Shown here piece by piece: positions 1 to 8,238 of a stretch of DNA of 39,152 nt; positions within the stretch are counted from its first letter, which is position 1; every line of letters starts with the position of its first letter. Origin of the DNA: Chloroflexia bacterium. Its GTDB lineage: Bacteria > Chloroflexota > Chloroflexia > Thermomicrobiales > JALYUS01. A program made the position numbers and the translations under genes. Under the pieces are notes generated by a model that was given only the letters and a program-made list of their open reading frames with translations, was not told the DNA's origin and made no database searches. The stretch is taken from positions 1 through 39,152 of the forward strand of contig JAICJW010000001.1 in the NCBI GenBank assembly GCA_025928215.1. The letters run 5' to 3'.

Positions 1-233
1 ACATACGGTTCCTTTTGCCCATCATACGCGAGAGAGAGTGGCCCCCAGAAGTTCGGGACAATCGTATTGCCCGCCTGCCACTGCGCCGCGAAGGCCGGGT
101 CCGCGAAAGCCGTCGCCGCGCTGGCGGGAGCGGCGACCCACGCCGCCATCCCCGCGCCGAAGAGCGCGATGACCACGAGAAAACTCCAGGCGGTATGTCG
201 CCGGAGCCGCCGGGATCGTTCCTGTCCGCGCAT
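1..233 (-). CDS. Hypothetical secreted protein, N-terminal fragment (gene continues beyond the left edge)
   Basis: Absent from the ORF track because there is no stop inside the window. The reverse-strand ATG at 233-231 is preceded by GAAGGAGGA, which ends 4 nt upstream. The translation MRGQERSRRLRRHTAWSFLVVIALFGAGMAAWVAAPASAATAFADP... has a basic n-region, a hydrophobic core and an A-S-A cleavage-type motif. The frame stays open to position 1. Confidence 0.5.
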   Translation of the reverse strand, partial: MRGQERSRRLRRHTAWSFLVVIALFGAGMAAWVAAPASAATAFADPAFAAQWQAGNTIVPNFWGPLSLAYDGQKEPY

Positions 234-287
234 AGAGTCCTCCTTCATCCTTCCCAGACGCATGCCTTACTGTACGTACACATTGTC

Positions 288-316
288 AGTGTAGCACATG
301 CGCTCAGCGGGTACAA
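288..316 (-). promoter_or_regulatory. Candidate promoter for the secreted-protein gene (TTGTAC-17 nt-TACACT, minus strand)
   Basis: Minus strand reads cacaTTGTACccgctgagcgcatgtgcTACACTgacaatgtgta. The -10 overlaps the inverted repeat TACAC-N7-GTGTA (277-293). This is a consensus match only. Confidence 0.3.
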
Positions 317-337
317 TGTGTAGGCACGGGGCAATCG

Positions 338-634
338 CTAGGTGGGTGGCGGCGCGCCGGTAAGGCCGGTGATCGCATGGACGACTTCATCGAGGTAGGC
401 GCGATCCTTGATCTGCGTCGCCATCCGTCGGAGCAGTGCGGTGCAGGCCTCTTCCGCCGTCAGGACGGACGCGAACGGCGCGAACCAGTCGCCGCCCTCA
501 GCGTATCGCTCCGCCGTCGTCGCCTGGACGGCCCACCGATCCGCCGCGCGGCGGACGATGCGATACGCGGATTCCTTCGGTGACCGGGGCGGGATGGTCC
601 AGGAGGTATCTTCACTGAGAATTGTCACGACCAT
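338..634 (-). CDS. Hypothetical small protein (about 98 aa)
   Basis: ORF-track frame 338..652. I prefer the ATG at 634 (MVVTILSEDTSWTIPPRSPKE...) because GGAAAGGAAAG lies just upstream. Composition is balanced, unlike the Arg/Pro-rich shadow ORFs. It overlaps the 3' end of the upstream same-strand gene by about 23 nt. No family recognised. Confidence 0.45.
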   Translation of the reverse strand: MVVTILSEDTSWTIPPRSPKESAYRIVRRAADRWAVQATTAERYAEGGDWFAPFASVLTAEEACTALLRRMATQIKDRAYLDEVVHAITGLTGAPPPT

Positions 635-1469
635 CTGATCTTTCCTTTCCATCGTACACCCCGTTCGGGGAGGCGCGCATCAGCGGGCGGATGCGGTCGG
701 GCCGGTTGGTCGTGATGCCATCCACGCCCCACGCGATCAGTCGCTCGGCATCGTCCGGCCGGTCCACCGTCCAGGCGTAGAGGCCGAAACCCGCGCGATG
801 CAAGGCGGTAACGAGCGGCGGGGTGATGAGGCGGAATTGTAAGTACGCGGCGTCGGCGCGGGCGCGATAGAGGATGTCGGGCAGTATGCGGGGCAGCAAG
901 GGGCGCTGGATGACGAGCGCCGCCCATTCCGGCGCGCCGTGCGGGCCGCGTGGCGGGCTTGACCCCTTCGACAAACCGAGCCGGAGCGCTGGTGCGAGCG
1001 CCCGCAACCGCCGCAACTGGTACGACGCGCGCGTGGTGACGACCGTCCGGTGCAGGAGATCGTGCGCGGTGAGCATGCCAACGAGCGCGACCTCCGCCTC
1101 AGGCACCTTGAGGTCCACATTGAGCAGCACGCCGCGCTCCCGTACAACGGCGAGCAGATCGGCGAGCGAGAGAAGGTCCGGCACGCGCGCCCGCAGATTC
1201 GCCTCCGTCTCCCACGCAATCCGCGCGACCGCACGCCCCTGCCCGACGGTGCCATCATGCGCGAGGACAAGCGCGCGATCCCGCGTCATACGCACATCGC
1301 ATTCGAGGATATCCGCGCCCATCTCGATGGCGAGCAGAAAGGCCGCGCGGCTGTTCCCGCGCGCGGAAGCGGCCGCGCCGCGATGGCCGGTGAGCAACTG
1401 CCCCTCCCACGGCGACGCGGACGGCAGCGGGGGCGGGAGGGCAGCGGGAGGGCGAAGGGGCAATCGCAT
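612..1469 (-). CDS. Glycerophosphodiester phosphodiesterase (GDPD family)
   Basis: The translation carries GDPD hallmarks: LTGHRGAAA..., ...GADILECDVRMTRDRALVLAHDGTV..., and a C-terminal WTVDRPDDAERLIAWGVDGITTNRPD. The ORF-track frame is 612..1532. I place the start at ATG 1469 (MRLPLRPP...) because 1532 would overlap the divergent HD gene start. TACAAT lies 6 nt upstream of that ATG, so the mRNA may be leaderless. The start is uncertain. Confidence 0.85.
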   Translation of the reverse strand: MRLPLRPPAALPPPLPSASPWEGQLLTGHRGAAASARGNSRAAFLLAIEMGADILECDVRMTRDRALVLAHDGTVGQGRAVARIAWETEANLRARVPDLLSLADLLAVVRERGVLLNVDLKVPEAEVALVGMLTAHDLLHRTVVTTRASYQLRRLRALAPALRLGLSKGSSPPRGPHGAPEWAALVIQRPLLPRILPDILYRARADAAYLQFRLITPPLVTALHRAGFGLYAWTVDRPDDAERLIAWGVDGITTNRPDRIRPLMRASPNGVYDGKERSDGRDNSQ

Positions 1470-1522
1470 AACGATATTGTACACTGCCCCCGGCGGTACT
1501 GTCCTACGGAAGGCATGGACGA

Positions 1523-2146
1523 TTGGCGACACAAACGATCCTCACTGAGGACGAGGCGCGGGATCTGCTGGCACGGCACGTTCCGCTCGATGAGACATGG
1601 GGCGCGCACAGCGTGACTGTGGCGCGGTTGGCGGGGCGGATCGCGGACGCACTCGCCGCCGCTGGAGTGGATGTGGACCCGGTGCTGGCACGGACGGGCG
1701 GATTGCTGCACGACCTCGGTCGCAATGTGACACACGACGGCATCCTGCACTGCTGGGAGGGGTATCAGACGCTCCTCGCACGAGGCCAACCCCTGCTCGC
1801 ACGCTTCTGCGTCGTTCATAGCAGCGGTGGTATGGACGCGGAGGAAGCGGCCTCGGTTGGATGGCCACACACCGACTATCGCCCGCGGACGTGGGAGGAA
1901 AAAGTCGTCACCATCGCGGACGGCCTCGCGCATTACGGCGATGTCGTCTTCCTTGCCGATCGCTGCGCCTCGGTGCGGGAGCGGTATCGCGAGCGATCCA
2001 GTGCCGCGCGCTACACGCTGATCCTCCGCACCGAAAAGAAAATCCGCGCCCTGATGGCCGAAGTCGAGGCCCTTATCGGCCAGCCGGTCGAGCAGTTGTG
2101 CGGCGCGAAACGGCTGCACGACGAAGGGCTGAGGACCGAAGACTGA
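1523..2146 (+). CDS. HD/HDIG-domain metal-dependent phosphohydrolase
   Basis: Contains HSVTVARLAGRIA...GGLLHDLGR...VVHSSGG...VVTIADGLAH, the H..HD..D pattern of HD domains. The start is TTG at 1523, with GGAAGG about 9 nt upstream. Confidence 0.8.
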   Translation: MATQTILTEDEARDLLARHVPLDETWGAHSVTVARLAGRIADALAAAGVDVDPVLARTGGLLHDLGRNVTHDGILHCWEGYQTLLARGQPLLARFCVVHSSGGMDAEEAASVGWPHTDYRPRTWEEKVVTIADGLAHYGDVVFLADRCASVRERYRERSSAARYTLILRTEKKIRALMAEVEALIGQPVEQLCGAKRLHDEGLRTED

Positions 2147-2208
2147 GGATCGAGCGGGCGCATGCGATGCGCCCCTACATCTCGTCTCGCCCTCCGTCCC
2201 GTATCACT

Positions 2209-2257
2209 CCCCCTCTCCTTTGCCCCCTGGCAAAGGAGAGGGGGCCGGGGGTGAGGT
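2209..2257 (+). repeat. Perfect 16-bp stem/4-nt loop hairpin followed by the 17-mer GGGGCCGGGGGTGAGGT (intergenic repeat family, copy A)
   Basis: CCCCCTCTCCTTTGCC (2209-2224), loop CCCT, then GGCAAAGGAGAGGGGG (2229-2244), followed by GGGGCCGGGGGTGAGGT (2241-2257). The same 17-mer recurs at 27909-27925. A reverse-oriented relative lies at 17899-17953. This copy sits between the HD gene stop and the PIG-L start, so it may also act as a terminator. Confidence 0.7.
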
Positions 2258-2263
2258 TTCCCC

Positions 2264-3031
2264 ATGCCCGTCGCCCATCTCTTCCTCGCGCCGCACTTCG
2301 ATGATGTCGCGCTCTCATGCGGTGGAGAGGTCGCGCGATTGGTCGCGGCGGGGGAAGACGTTGTCATTGTAACCGTCTTCGCCGGCGCGCCGCCCGCCGC
2401 GATGCTGCTGACGCCCTATGCGGCATGGCACCTCGTCGAGTGGGGTGTGGCGAGCGTCGCGGAGGCGATGGCGGCGCGTCGTATCGAAGATGAAGCGGCG
2501 GCTGCCATCCTCGGCGCGGCGGTGCATCTGTTGCCGTTCGTGGATGGCGTCTTTCGCGACGATCGCTATCACTCGTGGGACGAACTCCGCACCCGGCTCG
2601 TCCCGGCGGATGCGACCCTGCCGGGGGAGATCGCGGCCGCGCTCATGGCGTCTGGTTCGATCGGGTTGGGAACGGTCGTCACAGGGCCGCTGGCGATTGG
2701 CCGTCATGTGGACCATCAGGCGGTCTTCGCGGCGATGCGACTGCTCGCGGCGCGCGGTGTCCGCGTGCGCGGCTATGAAGATTACCCCTATGCGGCAGAT
2801 GAGGCAGAATACGCGCGGCGTCTGGCGGCCCCCGATCTTGCGGGCGCGACGCCGGAGCGTATCGAAATTGCGCCGTGGCTGGAGACGAAAGTGCGCGCCA
2901 TCGGCTGCTACACCTCGCAACTCGCCCTGCTCTTCCCCGACACGCCGATGCCGGAAGCCGTCCGCACGTATGGAAACCGCGTCGCCGGTGGCACGGGCAT
3001 CGCGGAGCGTTTCTGGTGGCTGGACTGGTGA
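2264..3031 (+). CDS. PIG-L/LmbE family N-acetylglucosaminyl deacetylase
   Basis: The N-terminus LFLAPHFDDVALSCGGEVARLVAAGEDVVIVTVFAG matches the PIG-L (A-P-H-x-D-D) signature, followed by a later HxDH segment (GRHVDHQAV). Confidence 0.85.
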   Translation: MPVAHLFLAPHFDDVALSCGGEVARLVAAGEDVVIVTVFAGAPPAAMLLTPYAAWHLVEWGVASVAEAMAARRIEDEAAAAILGAAVHLLPFVDGVFRDDRYHSWDELRTRLVPADATLPGEIAAALMASGSIGLGTVVTGPLAIGRHVDHQAVFAAMRLLAARGVRVRGYEDYPYAADEAEYARRLAAPDLAGATPERIEIAPWLETKVRAIGCYTSQLALLFPDTPMPEAVRTYGNRVAGGTGIAERFWWLDW

Positions 3032-3190
3032 TCGAGGATTTTCTATCGCGTCGTTCGATGACGCCAGGTCTGATTCCACTCGTGTAATTCGTTGCCGAAG
3101 TTCACGTGCGGTGACAACATCATGCCCCGCCGTACGAAGGAGGGGAGCAATCTTCTGTGAGAGGTTATGATCCAGATGAAAGTGCGCCAT
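3032..3190 (-). pseudogene. DUF5615-like (PIN-like toxin) N-terminal remnant
   Basis: ATG at 3190 gives MAHFHLDHNLSQKIAPLLRTAGHDVVTARELRQR. This resembles the N-terminus of DUF5615 proteins (..LDENLSPRL...L...GHDVVHVR.LGL) that pair with DUF433. After about 32 aa the similarity is lost and the frame runs into the 3' end of the PIG-L gene, so roughly two thirds of the domain has no room. Confidence 0.5.
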
Positions 3191-3196
3191 GATGGT

Positions 3197-3475
3197 CTAT
3201 GCGGCGTCAATCACGCGGTTCGCCGCACGGCGCGCATCAATCACTGTCTGATGCTCATGATAGTACGCAATTGCTGCCTCAACCGCCTCGACAGGGATGT
3301 CGAAATCTTCCGCCACGCGCGGAACGTCTCCTGATGCTCCGCTGAGATACCCGATAAGTGCCCAGACGGCCACTCAATAGCCGATCAGCCGTGCCTCATC
3401 GAGGCCGGGGCGGTGAGGATTCGGCTCAATAGAGTGCTCGATGAGCGCGTGGGACGTCCGCTTCGTCGTCGCCAT
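3197..3475 (-). pseudogene. DUF433-like antitoxin gene interrupted by an in-frame TGA
   Basis: Not in the ORF track. The reverse strand from ATG 3475 reads MATTKRTSHALIEHSIEPNPHRPGLDEARLIGY*VAVWALIGYLSGASGDVPRVAEDFDIPVEAVEAAIAYYHEHQTVIDARRAANRVIDAA*. The in-frame TGA is at 3376-3374. The G-x-(R)-V-x-VW...L and ...A.AYY..H segments match DUF433. The stop at 3199-3197 lies 6 nt before the DUF5615-like ATG, which is typical toxin-antitoxin spacing. Confidence 0.6.
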
Positions 3476-3503
3476 ATGGAATTCCCTCAGATCACCCGCC
3501 GGA

Positions 3504-4154
3504 TTACAGAACGGCAGCGGTGGCTTCGCTGACGCGGATGCGGTAGCAGCAGAGGTGCTCGCCGTCTGTCATGTGATGCTCGCGGGTGACGGAGACGCCG
3601 GGCAGGAGCCGCCGGAAGAGATCGAGTTCGGAGACGCACGGTTGCGTGAAGGTGACTGCGACGCTGCTCACTGCACAGTGAAACTCTTTGAGCAGGTAAT
3701 CGCCCTCCGGCGTCTTCTCCCACGCGGCGAGGTAGCCATTCTTGTCGAGATGCGATTTCAGCGTTTCGAGGCGCGCTTCGAGCGGCTGCCCCTCCATCGC
3801 CGCGCTCAACTCCTCCGCCAGCCGGTCGGTGCGCCGCTCGAAGAGGCGGTCCACCGTCTCCTCGCCGCTGAGAATGCGGAGATCGGTGAGCAACTCGACG
3901 GTCAGCCGGTCCGACGTATTCGGGAAGAGCCGTTCCGCCGCTTCCGTGAGGTGGAAATGGTTGACGGGGCGACCGACCGGGCGCCGCTCGACGGTGGACG
4001 TGATCAGTTCTTCCGCTTCCAACTGCGTTAGATGCTTGCGCACCGCCATGCTCGTGATCTCGAGCATTCCGGCTAGTCCGTTCGCGGTCAATCCGTCCTG
4101 CCGCTTGAGCGCTTCGACGATCGTGCGGCGCGTGCTGCCATGTTGTCGGTCCAT
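3504..4154 (-). CDS. Winged-helix transcriptional regulator, COG2345/SufR-like, with a C-terminal Cys cluster
   Basis: The N-terminal TRRTIVEALKRQDGLTANGLAGMLEITSMAVRKHLTQLEAEELI is an ArsR/DeoR-type wHTH. The C-terminal part has EFHCAVSS..FTQPCVSE....GEHLCCYRI (four Cys). Confidence 0.8.
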   Translation of the reverse strand: MDRQHGSTRRTIVEALKRQDGLTANGLAGMLEITSMAVRKHLTQLEAEELITSTVERRPVGRPVNHFHLTEAAERLFPNTSDRLTVELLTDLRILSGEETVDRLFERRTDRLAEELSAAMEGQPLEARLETLKSHLDKNGYLAAWEKTPEGDYLLKEFHCAVSSVAVTFTQPCVSELDLFRRLLPGVSVTREHHMTDGEHLCCYRIRVSEATAAVL

Positions 4155-4196
4155 GCTGTTGCGAGCCCCTTACGGTGCAAGAGTTGCGCGTGTCCA

Positions 4197-4247
4197 TACA
4201 CGTCTTTGTGTACGCTAAGCATACCATTCTGGGGCCGATTTCGTCAA
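4197..4247 (-). promoter_or_regulatory. Candidate promoter of the SufR-like regulator (TTGACG-18 nt-TATGCT) with a TACAC-N6-GTGTA operator-like repeat just downstream of the -10
   Basis: Minus strand reads aagTTGACGaaatcggccccagaatggTATGCTtagcgTACACaaagacGTGTAtgg. The -35 is at 4242-4247, the -10 at 4218-4223 and the inverted repeat at 4197-4212. Consensus match only. Confidence 0.4.
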
Positions 4248-4371
4248 CTTCAGGTTTTTTAAACTGCGGGCTGCTCGTCATGCTCGTTATTGCCCCGGTC
4301 GTCGGGTACGATACCCTTCCGCTGCCCGGACGCGGGCGACGGTCGGGAACATACGCCAAAGGGGAAGCGCA

Positions 4372-5181
4372 ATGCGGCTTACAGGCAAAGTGGCGGTCAT
4401 CACGGGGGCGGCATCGGGGATCGGGCGGGCCACCGCGCGGCTCTTCGCGAGCGAGGGCGCGCGGTTGATGCTCGGCGATCTCGATGAGGTGGGCGTGCGG
4501 CAAGCCGCCGACGAATGTATCCAGGCGGGGAGCGAGGCCGATGCGATGCGGACGGATGTCACATCGGGCGACGCGGTGCGGCGGCTCGTAGAGGGCGCGG
4601 TCGCGCGGTACGCGAAACTGGACATCATCTTCAACAATGCCGGAATCGGCATGCCGGGTTCGATCCTCGACTGCAGCGAAGAGGACTTCGAGCGCGTCGT
4701 CGCGGTCAATCTCAAGGGGGTCTTCCTCGGCTGCAAGTACGCGCTGCCCCACTTCCTGAGTAACCCGTCGGGCGGCGCCATCGTCAATATGTCCTCGAAC
4801 GGTGGCCTGATCGGGCGCCCCGCCGACCCGCTCTATGTCGCCACCAAGCACGGCGTGATGGGACTGACGAAGTCGCTCGCCCTCGCCTACGCCGACCGGC
4901 GGATTCGCGTCAATGCCCTCTGCCCCGGCCCGATTGATACGCCGATGATCTGGCAGGGGATGGACCCCGATATGGATCGCGAGGAGTTTATCCGGCGCGC
5001 GGTGGCGGCCTGCCCGACGCCGCGCATGGCCGCCCCCGAAGAGGTGGCGCGCGCCGCGCTCTTTCTGGCCTCCGATGAGGCGAGTTTCGTGAGCGGCGTC
5101 GGGCTGGCGGTGGATGGGGCGAAGGCGGCGGGCGTCTTCAACGCGAACCGGTACCGGCTCGACTTCGACCTGCTTGGCTGA
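4372..5181 (+). CDS. SDR family NAD(P)-dependent oxidoreductase
   Basis: Contains KVAVITGAASGIGRATA (TGxxxGxG), NNAG, and YVATKHGVMGLTK (YxxxK). GGGGAAG lies upstream of the ATG. Confidence 0.9.
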   Translation: MRLTGKVAVITGAASGIGRATARLFASEGARLMLGDLDEVGVRQAADECIQAGSEADAMRTDVTSGDAVRRLVEGAVARYAKLDIIFNNAGIGMPGSILDCSEEDFERVVAVNLKGVFLGCKYALPHFLSNPSGGAIVNMSSNGGLIGRPADPLYVATKHGVMGLTKSLALAYADRRIRVNALCPGPIDTPMIWQGMDPDMDREEFIRRAVAACPTPRMAAPEEVARAALFLASDEASFVSGVGLAVDGAKAAGVFNANRYRLDFDLLG

Positions 5182-5208
5182 CCCCTCGTGATGGCGGATG
5201 AGGAACGA

Positions 5209-5250
5209 GAGCATACCGGGAGGAGCGATGCGACTCCTCCCGGTATGCTC
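5209..5250. terminator. Perfect 17-bp stem/8-nt loop hairpin between convergent genes (probable bidirectional terminator)
   Basis: GAGCATACCGGGAGGAG (5209-5225), loop CGATGCGA, then CTCCTCCCGGTATGCTC (5234-5250). It lies between the SDR stop (5181) and the aminotransferase stop (5280). There is no U-tract. Confidence 0.6.
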
Positions 5251-5279
5251 CGTGCCCGATGGGGTTCGGGAATCTCCGG

Positions 5280-6635
5280 TTAGCCGATCTCGCCGAGGGC
5301 GGCATCGAGCGCCTCGACGATGCGATCAATCTCCGGTGCGGTGATGACGAGCGGCGGTGAGAGGGTGAGGACGCATTCGAGCCGTGGCACCGTCGCGCTG
5401 TTCTTGCCGACGAGCACGCCGCGCTTCTGCGCCCTGGCGATCACGCGGTTGACCTGCTCCGCCGGGAGCGGGTCGGTCGTACCTGGCATGGCGAGTTCGA
5501 CGCCGACGAGTAACCCCTTACCGCGCACCTCGCCGACAATGTCGCGATGCCCCTGCACGGCGCGCAGCCCGGCGCGCAGGCGGTCGCCCATCGCCGCCGC
5601 GTTCGCGACAAGCCCCTCATCCTCGATGATGTTCAGATTCTCCAACCCGACGGCGCAGGCGACGGGATGACCGCCATAGGTGCTCAACTGGTTGAATTGC
5701 ACATTATCCTTCGGATCGCCGAGGAAGACATCGAAGACCGCATCGGTCACGGCGGTGGCAGCGAGCGGGATATAGGCGCTCGAAATACCTTTCGCCATGG
5801 TGATGATGTCCGGCACAATATCCCAGTTCTGGCAGCCGAACATCGTGCCGGTGCGGCCAAAGCCGGTGATCACTTCATCCTGGATGAGCAGGATGCCGTG
5901 CCTGTCGCAGATCTGGCGGATCAGCGGCCAGTATTCGTCCGGCGGGACGATCACGCCGCCACCGCCGATCACCGGCTCGCCGATGAAGGCGGCGATGCTC
6001 TCCGGGCCCTCGAACTCGATCACCTCTTCCAGTTCCTGTCCGAGCCGGTGCGCTGCCTCGCGCGGCGTCATCCCGGCGAAGAGGCGGAAGGTGTCCGGCG
6101 GGCGGACATGGATGAACCCGGGCAGTAACGGCTCGAACCGCGTCTTGCGCGCGTATTGCCCGGTCGCGCTGAGGGCGCCCATCGTCCAGCCGTGGTAGCC
6201 ACGGTAGCGGGCGATGATTTTCGTCCGGTTCTGGTGCGGATATTTTTGCTGCACGTACTGGCGCGCGATCTTGAGCGCCGTCTCGACCGCCTCCGAGCCG
6301 CTGTTGACGAAGACGACGTGATTGACCGTGCCAGGCAGGACGCCGGCGAGGCGGTGCGCCAGTTCGAGCGAGGGCGGGGCGGGGCGAGAGAGGGGCGTGT
6401 AGGGCAGCGCGCGCATCTGCCGCGCCGCTGCCTCGACGAGCCGCTCCTGCCCGAAGCCGACGTTGACGCACCAGAGGCCGGCCATCGCGTCGAGGTATTC
6501 CTTGCCCGACGCATCCACGACCGTGCTGCCATGCCCCCCGACCATTACGAGCGGCGGCTGCCGGAGCGCGTGCTGCGTGAACGGGCGCCAGAGTTCGTCC
6601 AAATCGGCGGTTGCCGCCTCTTCCCGCGTGACCAT
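5280..6635 (-). CDS. Class-III (omega) aminotransferase, PLP-dependent
   Basis: Typical class-III pattern: GLWCVNVGFG, NSGSEAVETALKIARQY, LIQDEVITGFGRTG, ITMAKGISS (PLP lysine context). Confidence 0.9.
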   Translation of the reverse strand: MVTREEAATADLDELWRPFTQHALRQPPLVMVGGHGSTVVDASGKEYLDAMAGLWCVNVGFGQERLVEAAARQMRALPYTPLSRPAPPSLELAHRLAGVLPGTVNHVVFVNSGSEAVETALKIARQYVQQKYPHQNRTKIIARYRGYHGWTMGALSATGQYARKTRFEPLLPGFIHVRPPDTFRLFAGMTPREAAHRLGQELEEVIEFEGPESIAAFIGEPVIGGGGVIVPPDEYWPLIRQICDRHGILLIQDEVITGFGRTGTMFGCQNWDIVPDIITMAKGISSAYIPLAATAVTDAVFDVFLGDPKDNVQFNQLSTYGGHPVACAVGLENLNIIEDEGLVANAAAMGDRLRAGLRAVQGHRDIVGEVRGKGLLVGVELAMPGTTDPLPAEQVNRVIARAQKRGVLVGKNSATVPRLECVLTLSPPLVITAPEIDRIVEALDAALGEIG

Positions 6636-6788
6636 CTCTCCCTCCTCGCGTCGTGTTCGTCATCCGCTGTTCGCTCCGCGAACGATAGTCTCCCCTGATG
6701 AAAGATGCAAGGCGTGGAGAGGCGCTCAGTGAAAAGAGGAGCGGCGCGTGCCGCTCCTCGTACCTGCCGCGTGATTCGCTCGTTGCCC

Positions 6789-8093
6789 TTAGCCGTCTCC
6801 CAACCGGCGAACGAAGTTGACGAGGCCGCCACCGGTCTTTGGCGGCGCGCTGGGCGCGCTTGCCGCGGGCGGTGCTGCCGCCGGAACCGCCGGTGGCGTG
6901 GGTGGCGCTGCCGGGGCAGCGGTCGGGGACGCGTTCACATTGACGCGCACGATCTGCCCCATCGGCGGGCCGAAGCCCATATTCGAGACATAGAGCATGC
7001 CGTCGGGGCCGAAGGTCATCCCCGTCGGGAAGAAGAGGCCACTGGCGACGGTTTCCCACGAGCCGGACGCGGTCATCCGCACGACCATGCCGGTTCCCGG
7101 TACCGGCCCCTGATTCGGCGCGGTACTCATCTCCAGCGCGTACAATCGCCCCTGATTGTCGAAGGCGACGCCGAGGACGGCGGACAGCCCGGTTGCGACG
7201 ACGCTGACTTGCCCGCTCGGGGTGATCTTGAGGATTTTGGAAGCACCCGTGATCGGGAATGTGCCGAGGTTGCCAACGTAGAAGTTTCCGTCGTGATAGG
7301 CAACCGCAGTCGGAACGATGTGCCCCTGGCTGGCGGAGATGTCCACCACGCTGCTGATGTGCCCATCCGTTGTGACCTTGTCCATCTCGCCGTGGTTTGG
7401 TTCGACCGCGTAGAGCGCGCCGCCGACATTGACCATGCTGTACCAGGTGCCATCCGGCTCGAAGTCATGCGCCTCCGGTTTGGCGACCGGGTGGGCCTTC
7501 TCGAAGGCGCCCAGATCGCCGAGGGAGGTGTACGTCCCGTCGGCGTTGACCTTGATGATTGTATTCGGGGTGCTGGGGTTGCCGTGCGAGCAGCCGCCGC
7601 CCGTAACCAACCCGTACAGCGTTGTGCCGACAAACTCGACATCCCCAACGCCGATCATCGCGCTCTCCGCTCCTCGTGCGTCGCGCGCGGAGGGCAAATT
7701 GTCCACGACCGTTGTGCGGTTGCCCTTCGCGTCAATCTTCGAGATACGGGCAGTCTTGCCGCCCATGTATGGGCCGATCGGGGCGGGAACCTGGTCGCAC
7801 TGCCCGACCGTCGTGTTCGTGCCGTTCAGTCCACCCTCGGCGACATAGAGCATACCGTCAGGGCCGAATCGAAGGCCACGCGGGCTTTCGACGCCGGTCG
7901 CGAAGACCGAAACATTCGCGGATGGTGGGGGCGGTGGTCCTCCGGGAGCACCACCGGGCGGGCCGGGTGGTGCTTGTGCCGCGACACTGCCGAGCGAGAG
8001 ACACAATGCGAGGATCGTCGCGGCTGTGGACGCGATCCGCGTACCATGCCGGTGCCGCGGGAAGATAGAGGCCCATCCGTTGCTCATCATCAT
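6789..8093 (-). CDS. Secreted beta-propeller protein (NHL/SMP-30-like; ScyD/ScyE-like) with a Pro/Ala-rich C-terminal tail
   Basis: I set the start at the ATGATGATG run at 8093, preceded by GGAGGAGAGGGA, not at the ORF-track start 8684. The signal-like N-terminus is ...RIASTAATILALCLSLGSVAAQAPPG. Blade motifs recur: PRGLRFGPDGMLYVAEGG ... GVAFDNQGRLYALE ... PTGMTFGPDGMLYVSN. Confidence 0.8.
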   Translation of the reverse strand: MMMSNGWASIFPRHRHGTRIASTAATILALCLSLGSVAAQAPPGPPGGAPGGPPPPPSANVSVFATGVESPRGLRFGPDGMLYVAEGGLNGTNTTVGQCDQVPAPIGPYMGGKTARISKIDAKGNRTTVVDNLPSARDARGAESAMIGVGDVEFVGTTLYGLVTGGGCSHGNPSTPNTIIKVNADGTYTSLGDLGAFEKAHPVAKPEAHDFEPDGTWYSMVNVGGALYAVEPNHGEMDKVTTDGHISSVVDISASQGHIVPTAVAYHDGNFYVGNLGTFPITGASKILKITPSGQVSVVATGLSAVLGVAFDNQGRLYALEMSTAPNQGPVPGTGMVVRMTASGSWETVASGLFFPTGMTFGPDGMLYVSNMGFGPPMGQIVRVNVNASPTAAPAAPPTPPAVPAAAPPAASAPSAPPKTGGGLVNFVRRLGDG

Positions 8094-8238
8094 TCCCTCT
8101 CCTCCTGAAGACGAATACCCGAAAGCCGTTCGAGAACCCCCTTCCCCGGTGATGGCGACACCGCCTGCCAATCCCGAATGAATAGGTTGCCGGATTGCGA
8201 TAGCTGGCGAAGATGTGAATGGTATAGGGAGTAACGTC

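Noticed and set aside
3487-5214. 575-aa minus-strand ORF spanning the regulator and SDR genes. Similar long ORFs occur at 5875..7059(-), 6705..8108(+), 9493..10614(+), 15720..16718(-), 19057..20208(-), 20472..21584(-), 21841..22668(-), 23134..24105(-), 24469..25275(-), 29761..30633(-), 34639..35661(-) and 36579..37463(-).
   Set aside because: All are Arg/Pro/Gly/Ala-dominated shadow frames that overlap genes with clear family signatures on the other strand or in another frame. None has an SD plus start context or a recognisable domain.
6789-6845. C-terminal ..APPKTGGGLVNFVRRLGDG of the beta-propeller protein looks like an LPXTG sortase signal
   Set aside because: The motif is PPKTG, not LPXTG. 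Only about 5 hydrophobic residues precede the RR, which is too short for the membrane-spanning part of a sorting signal. No sortase is present in the window.
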